The notes below the pieces were generated by a model that saw only the letters and a list, made by a program, of their open reading frames with translations, did not search any database and was not told the origin of the DNA. From the NCBI GenBank assembly GCA_963827685.1, contig CAWHBU010000001.1:352001-416000 (forward strand): 64,000 bases of DNA, in the 5' to 3' direction. Source of the DNA: an uncultured delta proteobacterium. Lineage in GTDB: Bacteria > Desulfobacterota > BSN033 > UBA1163. The translations under genes and the position numbers were made by a program. Numbering within the stretch: the first letter of the stretch is position 1; each line of letters starts with the position of its first letter. Below are positions 1-8,416 of the stretch, one piece after another.

Positions 1-841
1 GGCCTCCGTTGCCAATGGAGAAGTTTACTCAATGGGGGCCCTCGATGGAAGACTTTATCTCTGCTCCTATCCTGAGGCCAGGCTGTCTGTCTATGATCCG
101 AACAAGCCGTTAAGATTTGGCGACAACGAGGATGCCAATCCGAGAGACTTAGGGCCCATGGGAGGAGAACTCTATCGACCGAGAGCGATGGTAACTGGAC
201 CTCATGGGAATGTGTATATCGGGGGTTACCCTGATTATGGACTCCTGGGTGGCGCCGTGAGTGTCTACGATCCAAAGAAAAATGAAAAAAGAGTCTATCG
301 CCACATTGTCCAGAATCAAAGCATCGCCTCTCTTGCCTATATTGATAAATTAGATCTCATTGCAGCGGGAGGTTCGATAAGGGGTGGGACTGGAACACGC
401 GCTGTTGAAAAAGAGGCAAAACTCATGCTTTGGGATCCAAAAGAGGAGAAGAAGATTTTTGAGGTCGTCCCCGTTCCTGAAGTTAAGACCATCCTGTCCC
501 TCGCGGTGACTGGTGAGGGGTTGCTTTATGGAATCACAGACAATGAAAAGGTCTTTGTCTTTGATCCAGAGAGAAGAGAAATCAGAAAGATTCTTGATCT
601 TGGATTCAAAGAACCAAGGGAAATCTCCCTCCAGCTCGGACCAGACTTAAGACTTTATGGACTGGCGAAGGAGGCCATCTTTTCCATCGATCCAAGAAAC
701 GATCAGATATCTCTTGTAACGAAACCCACTGTCGCAATTCATTCAGGGATGGCGATGCTCGGCCGAAAAATCTATTTTGGGTCAGGTGCAAATCTCTGGG
801 AATTTGAGATCCCTCTCGAGCCCAGTAAACCAGTCGAGTAA
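1..841 (+). CDS. Beta-propeller protein, 5'-truncated by the window edge
   Basis: The frame is open from base 2. Repeated blade motifs: SVYDP (twice), LWDP, VFDP, SIDP, GxDGxxY-like turns. Confidence 0.7.
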   Translation, partial: ASVANGEVYSMGALDGRLYLCSYPEARLSVYDPNKPLRFGDNEDANPRDLGPMGGELYRPRAMVTGPHGNVYIGGYPDYGLLGGAVSVYDPKKNEKRVYRHIVQNQSIASLAYIDKLDLIAAGGSIRGGTGTRAVEKEAKLMLWDPKEEKKIFEVVPVPEVKTILSLAVTGEGLLYGITDNEKVFVFDPERREIRKILDLGFKEPREISLQLGPDLRLYGLAKEAIFSIDPRNDQISLVTKPTVAIHSGMAMLGRKIYFGSGANLWEFEIPLEPSKPVE

Positions 842-1022
842 AAGTGTTTTCATCCTCTCTCCGTCTTTGGTTTGATCATAGCCCCGTCGAAATAGGAAGT
901 TCGCTCTATTTTTAGAAACGGATTTTTATACTCTGTTTACATTGAATTTCCAAAATCTAAGTATTAAATGTTATAATGACCCTGTAGCATGATGACTATT
1001 CAAGTATACGCCTGACCGTAGG

Positions 1023-2000
1023 ATGACCATGGGTAGCTATGATCTTTGCCTGACATGGAACTGGGAATACGACGCTGACTTTGTTAAGCTCCTTGACCTG
1101 GCATGCAAATCACGAGGATTATCATTGCTGCAAATAACCCCCGAAAGTCTTGAGGATATGATCCATTCCCTTGGAAATGAAGAAATTACCTTCAGGACTT
1201 TCTTTGACCGGGCGGCCGATGCAGATCCACGCTTTATTCCAATTGTTCAATGGGCCTGCGGTCATGCGGTTCATCATATCAACTCTCACGAATTAGCATG
1301 CCGGGCATGGGATAAGGTCGCTATGCATCAAGCCATCAGCATGGGTATGGACACACCCATTACCCTCATCCTCCCGTCCTATGATGAACAACCTTTGCTC
1401 CCGGAGATTGACCTCGCTTCGGTGGGTCAGAGTTTCATCATCAAACCCGCATACGGAGGGGGTGGAGACGGGGTGATCATCGAAGCTACTTCGCTGAATC
1501 AGGTGGTTGTTGCCCGGCAGGAGTTCCCCTCTCAGAGGTATTTGCTCCAGGCCCATGTCACCCCGGCTCGGCTGGGTTCCCGGATGGCGTGGTTCCGGGT
1601 CGTTTACTGTGCCGGAAAGGCGTATCCATGTTGGTGGGACAACGGCACGCATATTTATGCTCCTGTCATTTCTGACGAAGAGACTTGCTATCACCTCGGG
1701 TCGCTGCGTCGCATCACTTCTTCCATTGCCCGCATGTGTGGGCTGGAATTGTTCTCTACCGAAATCACCCTCACCCCTGAGGGTCGTTTTGTCATTGTAG
1801 ATTATGTTAATGATCCGATTGATTTACGTCTTCAATCCAAGGCGTTTGATGGTGTCCCTGATGATATTGTCCGGGATATTGCGGAATGTCTGGCCGAGCT
1901 CGTCCTGAGTCATTCCTCTCCTTCACAAAGCCAAGGCTTCATCCGATCGATTACCCCTTCCATCACCGGAAGCGCTCTGAAACTCGCTGGAACAGAATAA
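1023..2000 (+). CDS. ATP-grasp-fold protein, substrate unknown
   Basis: ATP-grasp-like motifs WDKVAMH, FIIKPAYGGGGDGV, YLLQAHV, FSTEI, VDYVND. Confidence 0.7.
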   Translation: MTMGSYDLCLTWNWEYDADFVKLLDLACKSRGLSLLQITPESLEDMIHSLGNEEITFRTFFDRAADADPRFIPIVQWACGHAVHHINSHELACRAWDKVAMHQAISMGMDTPITLILPSYDEQPLLPEIDLASVGQSFIIKPAYGGGGDGVIIEATSLNQVVVARQEFPSQRYLLQAHVTPARLGSRMAWFRVVYCAGKAYPCWWDNGTHIYAPVISDEETCYHLGSLRRITSSIARMCGLELFSTEITLTPEGRFVIVDYVNDPIDLRLQSKAFDGVPDDIVRDIAECLAELVLSHSSPSQSQGFIRSITPSITGSALKLAGTE

Positions 2001-2146
2001 AATCAGGGGCTCCGTTAAATGGAAGCGGGATTTTTATTTAATGAAAGTTCTGATAAGGCTCTGGCCGGTACTGGCCCGATGACGAGATGCGAGTTTTTCT
2101 TCGCGCCGGTACGGAGCGGCCAGGACTTCGGCCGAGCACCCTTCAA

Positions 2147-3469
2147 TTAAAAGCGGGAACCTCCGCCCCCGAAACCACTGCCATGGTTCCCCCCTTGATG
2201 GGACGTGGAAAAACCTTTGCTCCCCACCCCGGATGAACCGAAGTGCTGGCCTCCGCCTCGCGGAGGTGGGCTGAATGACCGGGTTTCACCCGTGGAGGGT
2301 CTTTGAAAGTTCATCCCGTTTAGTCCATTCATCCTGCGGTCGATAGCAGGTGATCTTCTCTGATCACCATTTCGACCGTTGAAACCTGAAGGTCTACTTC
2401 CCCTGCTATAAACTTGCCTTTCAGTACCGCGGTCAGACCTCGAGTAGGCGGAATCTCTATCATTGAGTCCTCTACCTGTTATCGGCATTGAGGGACGGTT
2501 CAAAGCCACTCGATCACGGCTACGCTCGAAGATTGACCGGGCACCCTTCCTGGCCTCCGTAGAATTAAATCCTGTCCCACGAGGTGTATCTTTGCCTCCA
2601 AAAATGCTTCCAGCTTGTCTCCTCGCGGGATCGACGGCAAAGATCCTTCCCGTCCTGTGATCCCTGATGTGATTGGTAATAACACACGCATGCCTATGTA
2701 CAAGGATCACTCTATGAAAATCACGGAGAACAAAGAACCCCGGAAAGAAAAACCCGGAGCACCAAAATGGGCTGGGGACCCAGGCGTACATGTAGTAATA
2801 ATCCAAGGGCGGGGCATAGTAGGTCACTACAGGAGGGCCTTCGGTATCGTAGTAATTATTGATCACAGATGGTTCAGCGTACTGAGGAGTTGTCGGAGAT
2901 GGACTTTCAACGTATCTGTCTGGTACTTCAGCAATGATAGGTAACTGAAGTTCCACCGCAGTCGTCCGGAATACCTTTAGAGCCTCATTCTTTCTCATCG
3001 GCAATTTTTTGGCATCTGCCGCTTCACCCACAGCTTTTTCCAATTCTCCGATGACGTCAGGAGTCACGGGATAATCGGCAATCCATCCGTTTTTGGGTGC
3101 AATACCGGCCGAAGCCAACGTGCTCTCAGCTTCTGCCTCGCTTTTGGCTTGCCCTATCTTAAGCACCTCAGCCAGTTTGATCGCAAAGTCTCCCTCACGG
3201 ATCAGGGTCTGCGCGACCGGGGGTGGTTGCGTTGCCGTCTCCCCAGACTGTGCGCCAGCTGTGATGTTTCCAGGAGGGGGTTGGGAGGGGGTTGAGGGTC
3301 CCATTTTCGGCATGCTTACTTCCTCAACCTTATTGCGATAATCACGAGGGACTTTGCTATAGTCGTCTGTAAAGTTTACTACACCTCCCTCATCAGCCCA
3401 TTTGTAAACAGTAGCCGATGCAGAGGAAGCAATAATAAGTATGCATAAAACAAAAGGAAGTTTCTTCAT
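2147..3469 (-). CDS. Secreted DUF4124-domain protein with a long Arg/Gly/Ser-rich disordered tail
   Basis: Signal peptide MKKLPFVLCILIIASSASA; VYKWADEGGVVNFTD DUF4124 signature; Pro/Tyr-rich middle; low-complexity C-terminus. Confidence 0.75.
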   Translation of the reverse strand: MKKLPFVLCILIIASSASATVYKWADEGGVVNFTDDYSKVPRDYRNKVEEVSMPKMGPSTPSQPPPGNITAGAQSGETATQPPPVAQTLIREGDFAIKLAEVLKIGQAKSEAEAESTLASAGIAPKNGWIADYPVTPDVIGELEKAVGEAADAKKLPMRKNEALKVFRTTAVELQLPIIAEVPDRYVESPSPTTPQYAEPSVINNYYDTEGPPVVTYYAPPLDYYYMYAWVPSPFWCSGFFFPGFFVLRDFHRVILVHRHACVITNHIRDHRTGRIFAVDPARRQAGSIFGGKDTPRGTGFNSTEARKGARSIFERSRDRVALNRPSMPITGRGLNDRDSAYSRSDRGTERQVYSRGSRPSGFNGRNGDQRRSPAIDRRMNGLNGMNFQRPSTGETRSFSPPPRGGGQHFGSSGVGSKGFSTSHQGGNHGSGFGGGGSRF

Positions 3470-3761
3470 CTCTTTTCCTCCATTTTAATTAAGAAATGAA
3501 CATTGACGTCCAAGAAGTGCTTTTCTTCCTTGTAAAAGTTCTTGATAACATGCTGTCTTTCCATACTTTTCCGTAATGCTTTATCTCGTTTATTGCAACC
3601 CGTTGGCCGATAGATTCTCCAATTAATTTTTTAGACGTATTATAGAGGTATTTTATTCAAAATTCCTCAAACCTCTTTCCCCATCCAGGCTTTTTCACGA
3701 TGATGCAGACAAATCGAATTATGGAGGCAAAATGGAAGGAATTACTAATCAACCTTTACTT

Positions 3762-4748
3762 CTATCTCTTGCAAGAGCTTGATTCTTGGATGATTTTCCC
3801 AAATCCTTTCAGTTTTTCCTCTTGTTCTCTCAGCAGAAGGTGAGATTCTTCGATTGAGATGGGTTTGAATCGGACTCGATTCCCAGGCTTTAGTTGGGCG
3901 ATCCTGGGTAAGTCCGTTGAGATGATCGTGGCAATCTTTGTATAACCTCCGGTGACCAACTCCGCTAAGATGATAATGGGTTTCCCGTCCCCAGGAACCT
4001 GAATCGCCCCTGAGATCAAGCCCTCTGAAATGATCGACTCCTCCACATCGGATCGTCTCTCGATCTTGGGACCTTCTAATCGAACTCCCATTCGGTCGCA
4101 TTGAGGAGTGACTTGATAGGGTGAGGAATAAAATGTTTGGGATCCTTTTTCTGTAAAGTGGTGATTCTGAGGTCCCGCAATTACCCTGAGAGGTGTTTCC
4201 TCCTCCAGAGAGGGGATCCAATCCCTTGGACATCGAAGACCCAACTTGTCAAGAGAAGCTGAGATATCAGGAGTATAAAGAATATCTCCTCGTCTCAACT
4301 TCCTACCTTCCAACCCACCAAAATTCCCTGAAAGATAGGTTGAGCAGCTCCCCATGATTTTTGGAACAACAAATCCTCCACTCACAGCCAGGTAAGCACG
4401 GCACCCTGTTTGGACCTTCTTGAAGGCGATGACATCGCCTTCTACCAGAAGATGGGTTCTCCACATCTCCAAGGGCTCCTCGTTTAATGCAGGAGAGAAA
4501 TCTCCACCCGTGATGGCAATGACAACCTCCCTCAGAGCCTTTATTTTCAAACCCATGAGTGTGGTCTCGAGGCCAGCCTCTTCTTCTCTGTTTCCAACCA
4601 ACAGGTTGCCAATTCTGAAAGAAGAGGTGTCCAGGGCTCCAGAGGGAGGGACCCCGAACTGACTGAAACCGTATCGACCCAGATCCTGAATCGTGGTTAG
4701 AATGCCAGACTCCAGGACCTCAAAGGCTGCAAGTTTCTTATCTTCCAA
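3762..4748 (-). CDS. pxpC: 5-oxoprolinase subunit C (allophanate hydrolase subunit 2 family)
   Basis: TTIQDLGR, GVPPSGALD, DRMGVRL, GAIQVPGDG, TGGY motifs; downstream of pxpA and pxpB. Start placed at TTG 4748 after a GAGG SD, because the longer ORF starts inside a repeat element. Confidence 0.9.
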   Translation of the reverse strand: MEDKKLAAFEVLESGILTTIQDLGRYGFSQFGVPPSGALDTSSFRIGNLLVGNREEEAGLETTLMGLKIKALREVVIAITGGDFSPALNEEPLEMWRTHLLVEGDVIAFKKVQTGCRAYLAVSGGFVVPKIMGSCSTYLSGNFGGLEGRKLRRGDILYTPDISASLDKLGLRCPRDWIPSLEEETPLRVIAGPQNHHFTEKGSQTFYSSPYQVTPQCDRMGVRLEGPKIERRSDVEESIISEGLISGAIQVPGDGKPIIILAELVTGGYTKIATIISTDLPRIAQLKPGNRVRFKPISIEESHLLLREQEEKLKGFGKIIQESSSCKR

Positions 4749-4786
4749 GTTTTCCTCGAATGAACCCGAATGTGGAACCGGAAAGG

Positions 4787-4952
4787 TCAAATGTCAATCC
4801 CGCCGAGGCGGGACCAAATGTCAAATGAATTATAAATGGCTCCATGTCAGAAATCTCTTCTTTAATCAACTTTGCCATTTGATCTTGGGATTTCATTTGA
4901 ACTTGATTCACCATCGGTTCATCACTTCGTACGCACTTTGACATTTGGCATT
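4787..4952. repeat. Heptamer-periodic inverted-repeat element with nested CCCGCCGAGGCGGG hairpin
   Basis: Left arm CAAATGT-CAA...CAAATGT-CAAATGA; right arm TTTGCCA-TTTGATC...TTTGACA-TTTGGCA. Confidence 0.65.
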
Positions 4953-4963
4953 ACTTCTTATCT

Positions 4964-5653
4964 CTATATTCTCCATTCCTTAAACTCCTTCTCGCTGATC
5001 GGATAGAATTGGACAAAGTCTCCCATTTGAAGCAGAGCCGGAGGATCTTTCTCGGGGTCGAACAGTTCCACCGGGGTTCGGCCGAGAATCTGCCACCCTC
5101 CCGGGCTCTCCGCAGAATAAATTCCTGTCTGTCTCTGTGCAATGGCCACAGAGCCTTTGGGAACGGATAGCCTTGGTGTTTTGAGCCGCGGGATCGCCAA
5201 TGCCTGAGGAAGTTCTCCCATGTAAGGAAATCCAGGCATAAAACCAATCATATAGATCAGATAAGGTTTGCTGCAATGGAGTTGGATCACTCCCTCGGGA
5301 GAGACCTGATGATACTTCGCCACCTCTTCCAAATCAGGACCATAGATACCACCATAAGCGACCGGGATGTGTGTCAACTTGGGCTCCGGAAGAGGAGTGT
5401 GCTGAAGCCCTTCTTCTATCCGGCTCAATCTTTTTTTTAGGTCTTCGAAGGGGAGAATCACCGGATTGTAAATGATGAGTAATGACCGGTAGGTCGGAAC
5501 GGTTTCAACGATCCCGTCCATGGCTTCAGCCTGGATGGAGAGAGCCATCCTTTTCACCTTCTCATTGATCTCGCGACTGATTTCGTCCCCGAATTCAAGG
5601 AGAAGACCACGATCACCCATCAGATAAAAATGTGTCTTAGGGTAGAGACCCAT
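4964..5653 (-). CDS. pxpB: 5-oxoprolinase subunit B (KipI / allophanate hydrolase subunit 1 family)
   Basis: GDRGLLLEFG, VPTYRSL, YGPDLEEVA, GFMPGFPY, SPGGWQILGRTP. Likely start is ATG 5653. Confidence 0.92.
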   Translation of the reverse strand: MGLYPKTHFYLMGDRGLLLEFGDEISREINEKVKRMALSIQAEAMDGIVETVPTYRSLLIIYNPVILPFEDLKKRLSRIEEGLQHTPLPEPKLTHIPVAYGGIYGPDLEEVAKYHQVSPEGVIQLHCSKPYLIYMIGFMPGFPYMGELPQALAIPRLKTPRLSVPKGSVAIAQRQTGIYSAESPGGWQILGRTPVELFDPEKDPPALLQMGDFVQFYPISEKEFKEWRI

Positions 5654-5668
5654 AATTTCTTTGAACAA

Positions 5669-5754
5669 GGATTCGAGGATTCGAGGGGTCAAGGGTTCAA
5701 GGTCAAACTCAAATTGTCACTCGACCACTTGAATCCTAGACCCCTTGACCCCTT
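5669..5754. repeat. Octamer-periodic inverted-repeat element
   Basis: GGATTCGA-GGATTCGA-GGGGTCAA-GGGTTCAA (5669-5700) faces CACTCGAC-CACTTGAA-TCCTAGAC-CCCTTGAC (5718-5749). Confidence 0.75.
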
Positions 5755-5762
5755 TATGTTCA

Positions 5763-6548
5763 TCAAACAAACCATTTCATCGGGATGACAACCACGCCAG
5801 CGTCCTTCAATTCCTGTCGAATCCTCTTCACCATTTCAACGGCGGCAGGATTATCGCCATGGACACAGAGCGTATCTGCTTGAAGCTTGATCTCTGTCCC
5901 ATCGATGGCAATCACTTTTCCCTCCAGGGCCATCTTCAGCGCCCTTTTTGCGACGATCTCATGATCGTGGATCACGGCCCCTTTCTCTCTTCGAGAGACC
6001 AAAGAACCGTCTTTGTGATAGGCTCGATCTGGAAAGGCCTCAAAGGCAATGCGGATGCCATGATGTTTTCCAATCTCGAGAAGAGGGTCCTTTTTTGAAG
6101 AGGCCAAGGCAACCAGAATGATTTCTCGATCCACCTTCGCCAGTGCTTCTGCGATAGCCTCCCATATTTTGGGATTTGCCACGGCCATATTGTAAAGGCT
6201 TCCATGTGGCTTCACATGTTGAAGTCTCAGTCCTTGCGATTGGACAAAAGCTTGAAGAGCTCCTGTTTGATAGACAACATCATCCTGAATCTCCTCAAGA
6301 GTGGCATCGATATTTCTTCTTCCAAATCCCGTGAGATCCGGAAATCCAGGATGGGCTCCCACCTCCACGCCGTATTGCTTTGCCAAAATGACTGTCTTTC
6401 GCATCACACCAGGATCCCCGGCATGGAATCCACAGGCAATGTTGGCTGAGGTGATGTGAGGGATCACCTCTTCGTCAAGTCCCAGTTTGTAAACACCAAA
6501 ACTTTCCCCAACGTCAGAGTTCATGTCTATCTGGATCTTTTTCGTCAT
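5763..6548 (-). CDS. pxpA: 5-oxoprolinase subunit A (LamB/YcsF family)
   Basis: DMNSDVGESFG, ANIACGFHAGDP, HVKPHGSLYN, TLCVHGD. Confidence 0.95.
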   Translation of the reverse strand: MTKKIQIDMNSDVGESFGVYKLGLDEEVIPHITSANIACGFHAGDPGVMRKTVILAKQYGVEVGAHPGFPDLTGFGRRNIDATLEEIQDDVVYQTGALQAFVQSQGLRLQHVKPHGSLYNMAVANPKIWEAIAEALAKVDREIILVALASSKKDPLLEIGKHHGIRIAFEAFPDRAYHKDGSLVSRREKGAVIHDHEIVAKRALKMALEGKVIAIDGTEIKLQADTLCVHGDNPAAVEMVKRIRQELKDAGVVVIPMKWFV

Positions 6549-6664
6549 ATTCCCGTCTCCTGTGGCTTTAGATTATGATATCCATAAGAAAACTCTTGAC
6601 AAATACTAATTTAAAATGGATAAATAAATCAATATCATAATAGGGCAAGGGAGGTGAGGAAAAT

Positions 6665-6736
6665 ATGTCGTGCGGCATGAAGCATCCCAAGGCGAAGAAG
6701 GCAACGAAAAAGGCCAAACCTAAGAAAAAGAAATAA
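6665..6736 (+). CDS. 23-aa lysine-rich small protein (MSCGMKHPKAKKATKKAKPKKKK)
   Basis: Strong SD GGAGGTGA upstream of ATG 6665; TAA at 6734-6736. Below the ORF-track size cutoff. Confidence 0.6.
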   Translation: MSCGMKHPKAKKATKKAKPKKKK

Positions 6737-6863
6737 GTGGAGGGATATTCAGGGGGAAAGAATTTTTTACTTGACATAGAAACGGATTTTTGTTATCCGT
6801 TTTCTCTATACCATGTTTTCGCGTGCGCTTCTTCTGAAATATCATGAAAGGAGGTGAAGGGTG

Positions 6864-7025
6864 ATGAGGAAATGGGTGAGCATTTTTTTGGCATTAGGGA
6901 TGTTGGCAGGTTTTGCTTTAGGGTGTGCAGGGATTTCGAAAGACGCAAAGGTGAAATGCCCCAAATGCGGTGCCGTCTTCACAGTGGATGAAGGCATAGC
7001 TGAAGCTCAGAAGAAAGGCTACTAA
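6864..7025 (+). CDS. 53-aa predicted lipoprotein with a single CPKC motif
   Basis: SD AAGGAGGTGA; MRKWVSIFLALGMLAGFALG-C lipoprotein signal; mature part CAGISKDAKVKCPKCGAVFTVDEGIAEAQKKGY; terminator downstream. Confidence 0.75.
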   Translation: MRKWVSIFLALGMLAGFALGCAGISKDAKVKCPKCGAVFTVDEGIAEAQKKGY

Positions 7026-7076
7026 TCCCACCCCATTAAAGAAGATTAACTATTATCCTCTGGAGGAAAGGGAGAG

Positions 7077-7115
7077 AATTAAAAAGGGAAGAGATTTGCT
7101 CTTCCCTTTTTAATT
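7077..7115. terminator. Bidirectional intrinsic terminator
   Basis: AATTAAAAAGGGAAGAG-atttg-CTCTTCCCTTTTTAATT, a perfect stem between convergent genes. Confidence 0.85.
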
Positions 7116-7147
7116 TTGTAATCACACCTTAATTTCACAACCTGATA

Positions 7148-7855
7148 CTAAATCTGAAATTCCGCAGAAGGATTTTCTCTGTTCAGGACGGCCGAAAAGA
7201 GGATACCCCTTAAATATTTTGGAATCAGCTGAGAGAGCTCGAGGATGATTTCATCGGCCCGCTCTCTTCCCACTTCACCCAACACATCAATGGGGATGAA
7301 GATATTTTTCGTTTTCTCCGTCGCTTTGTCCTTCTCACACTGACGCCATACCCAATTTCGGGTCAACACCTCTCGGTCATCACAATAGACCAGTTCTCCC
7401 TTTGGCACCGTCACCGTCTCCACGCCCCCCATTGAAGTAAAGGGCTCCCATCCCTCTGCAAACCGGAGATGAATATTTCCCTCAATGGTGTCCAGATCAT
7501 GGCCTCCCATGGGGATTAAAAATCTTAAAGAGACGCTATTATAGAGATCAACAAGGGGGTTAATCTTCGGAAACGGATCTCCTTTCAGAACCCTCCTTGC
7601 CATGGATTCAATGGAACTTTGAAATTTGCTTCCTGGAATACCCAATTTCGAGAAGGCCGTTCTCCATGGTTTGATCCTTGGATGGTCCTGGGCCTTGTCA
7701 CCGATGAAATTTTTTTTCATGTCCTCGACAGCCTGGGTGAGAAGGTCAGCAATCTCTTTGGAAGGGTGGGTATTGTCCACATTCTTAGCCACCGCCATCC
7801 CAATGGTGAGATCAGGCAGGATATCGAATAATTCCTTCTGAATAGAGAAAAACAT
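7148..7855 (-). CDS. B3/B4-domain protein (PheRS beta editing-domain related, stand-alone)
   Basis: PWRTAF, SSIESMARR, INPLVDLYNSVSL, GGHDLD, GELVYCD, RNWVWRQ. Confidence 0.85.
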   Translation of the reverse strand: MFFSIQKELFDILPDLTIGMAVAKNVDNTHPSKEIADLLTQAVEDMKKNFIGDKAQDHPRIKPWRTAFSKLGIPGSKFQSSIESMARRVLKGDPFPKINPLVDLYNSVSLRFLIPMGGHDLDTIEGNIHLRFAEGWEPFTSMGGVETVTVPKGELVYCDDREVLTRNWVWRQCEKDKATEKTKNIFIPIDVLGEVGRERADEIILELSQLIPKYLRGILFSAVLNRENPSAEFQI

Positions 7856-7980
7856 CTCTTCCTCCTTTCACCCCTCGAGGCTCGTAAAGAGAGCAGCAGG
7901 GTTTTATTCCCCCCCTAACACTCTGCCAATCAAATGTCAACCAATAGATCTATTTGCTATCAGCCATCCGCTAACCCTCC

Positions 7981-8193
7981 TTGACGAACGAGCCCATTTT
8001 CTATAGAGTGATTTCGATGGATTTAAAGCCCAACATGGTGGGTGCTTTATACCTGCTACGTACGTCCGCGATCGGCGGCTTCATCTTGAGCTTTAAGACC
8101 GGAGGCAAGATTCCCGAGGGTTTGATTGCCTTAGGCCCAGCCGCCGTCGAGGTCTTGGCAGGCTTGTTAGCTCCGTCATCGATGACAAGATAA
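7981..8193 (+). pseudogene. Degenerate small membrane-protein gene
   Basis: IFYRVI...KIPEGLIALGPAAVEVLAGLLAPS resembles a remembered family ending IPxGLIALGSAAVGALAGLLAPS; here polar residues interrupt the predicted TM helices. Confidence 0.35.
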
Positions 8194-8416
8194 ACCCTTC
8201 TAATCCTCTTCCCAAGGGGGAGAGGATCGAGGTGAGCAGGAGTCAAAGAATTTGTTGCCCCCCAATGGGTATTTTAATAAAATCACTTCAATTCCAGCCT
8301 GGGCGCTGCCTCGGGTGGGTCGTGCCCTTCAACCATCGGAAGAGAGTTAGTAGGAAGAATTGGAGAATGTCAAAAAGTTAATATTCCCTTAAGATTTCTC
8401 TTGAGAGGCATATAAA

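Noticed and set aside
913-6791. Exact 15-mer TAGAAACGGATTTTT at 913-927 and 6777-6791
   Set aside because: A few 15-mer matches are expected by chance in 64 kb, more so in AT-rich spacers, and the first copy lacks the inverted half-site.
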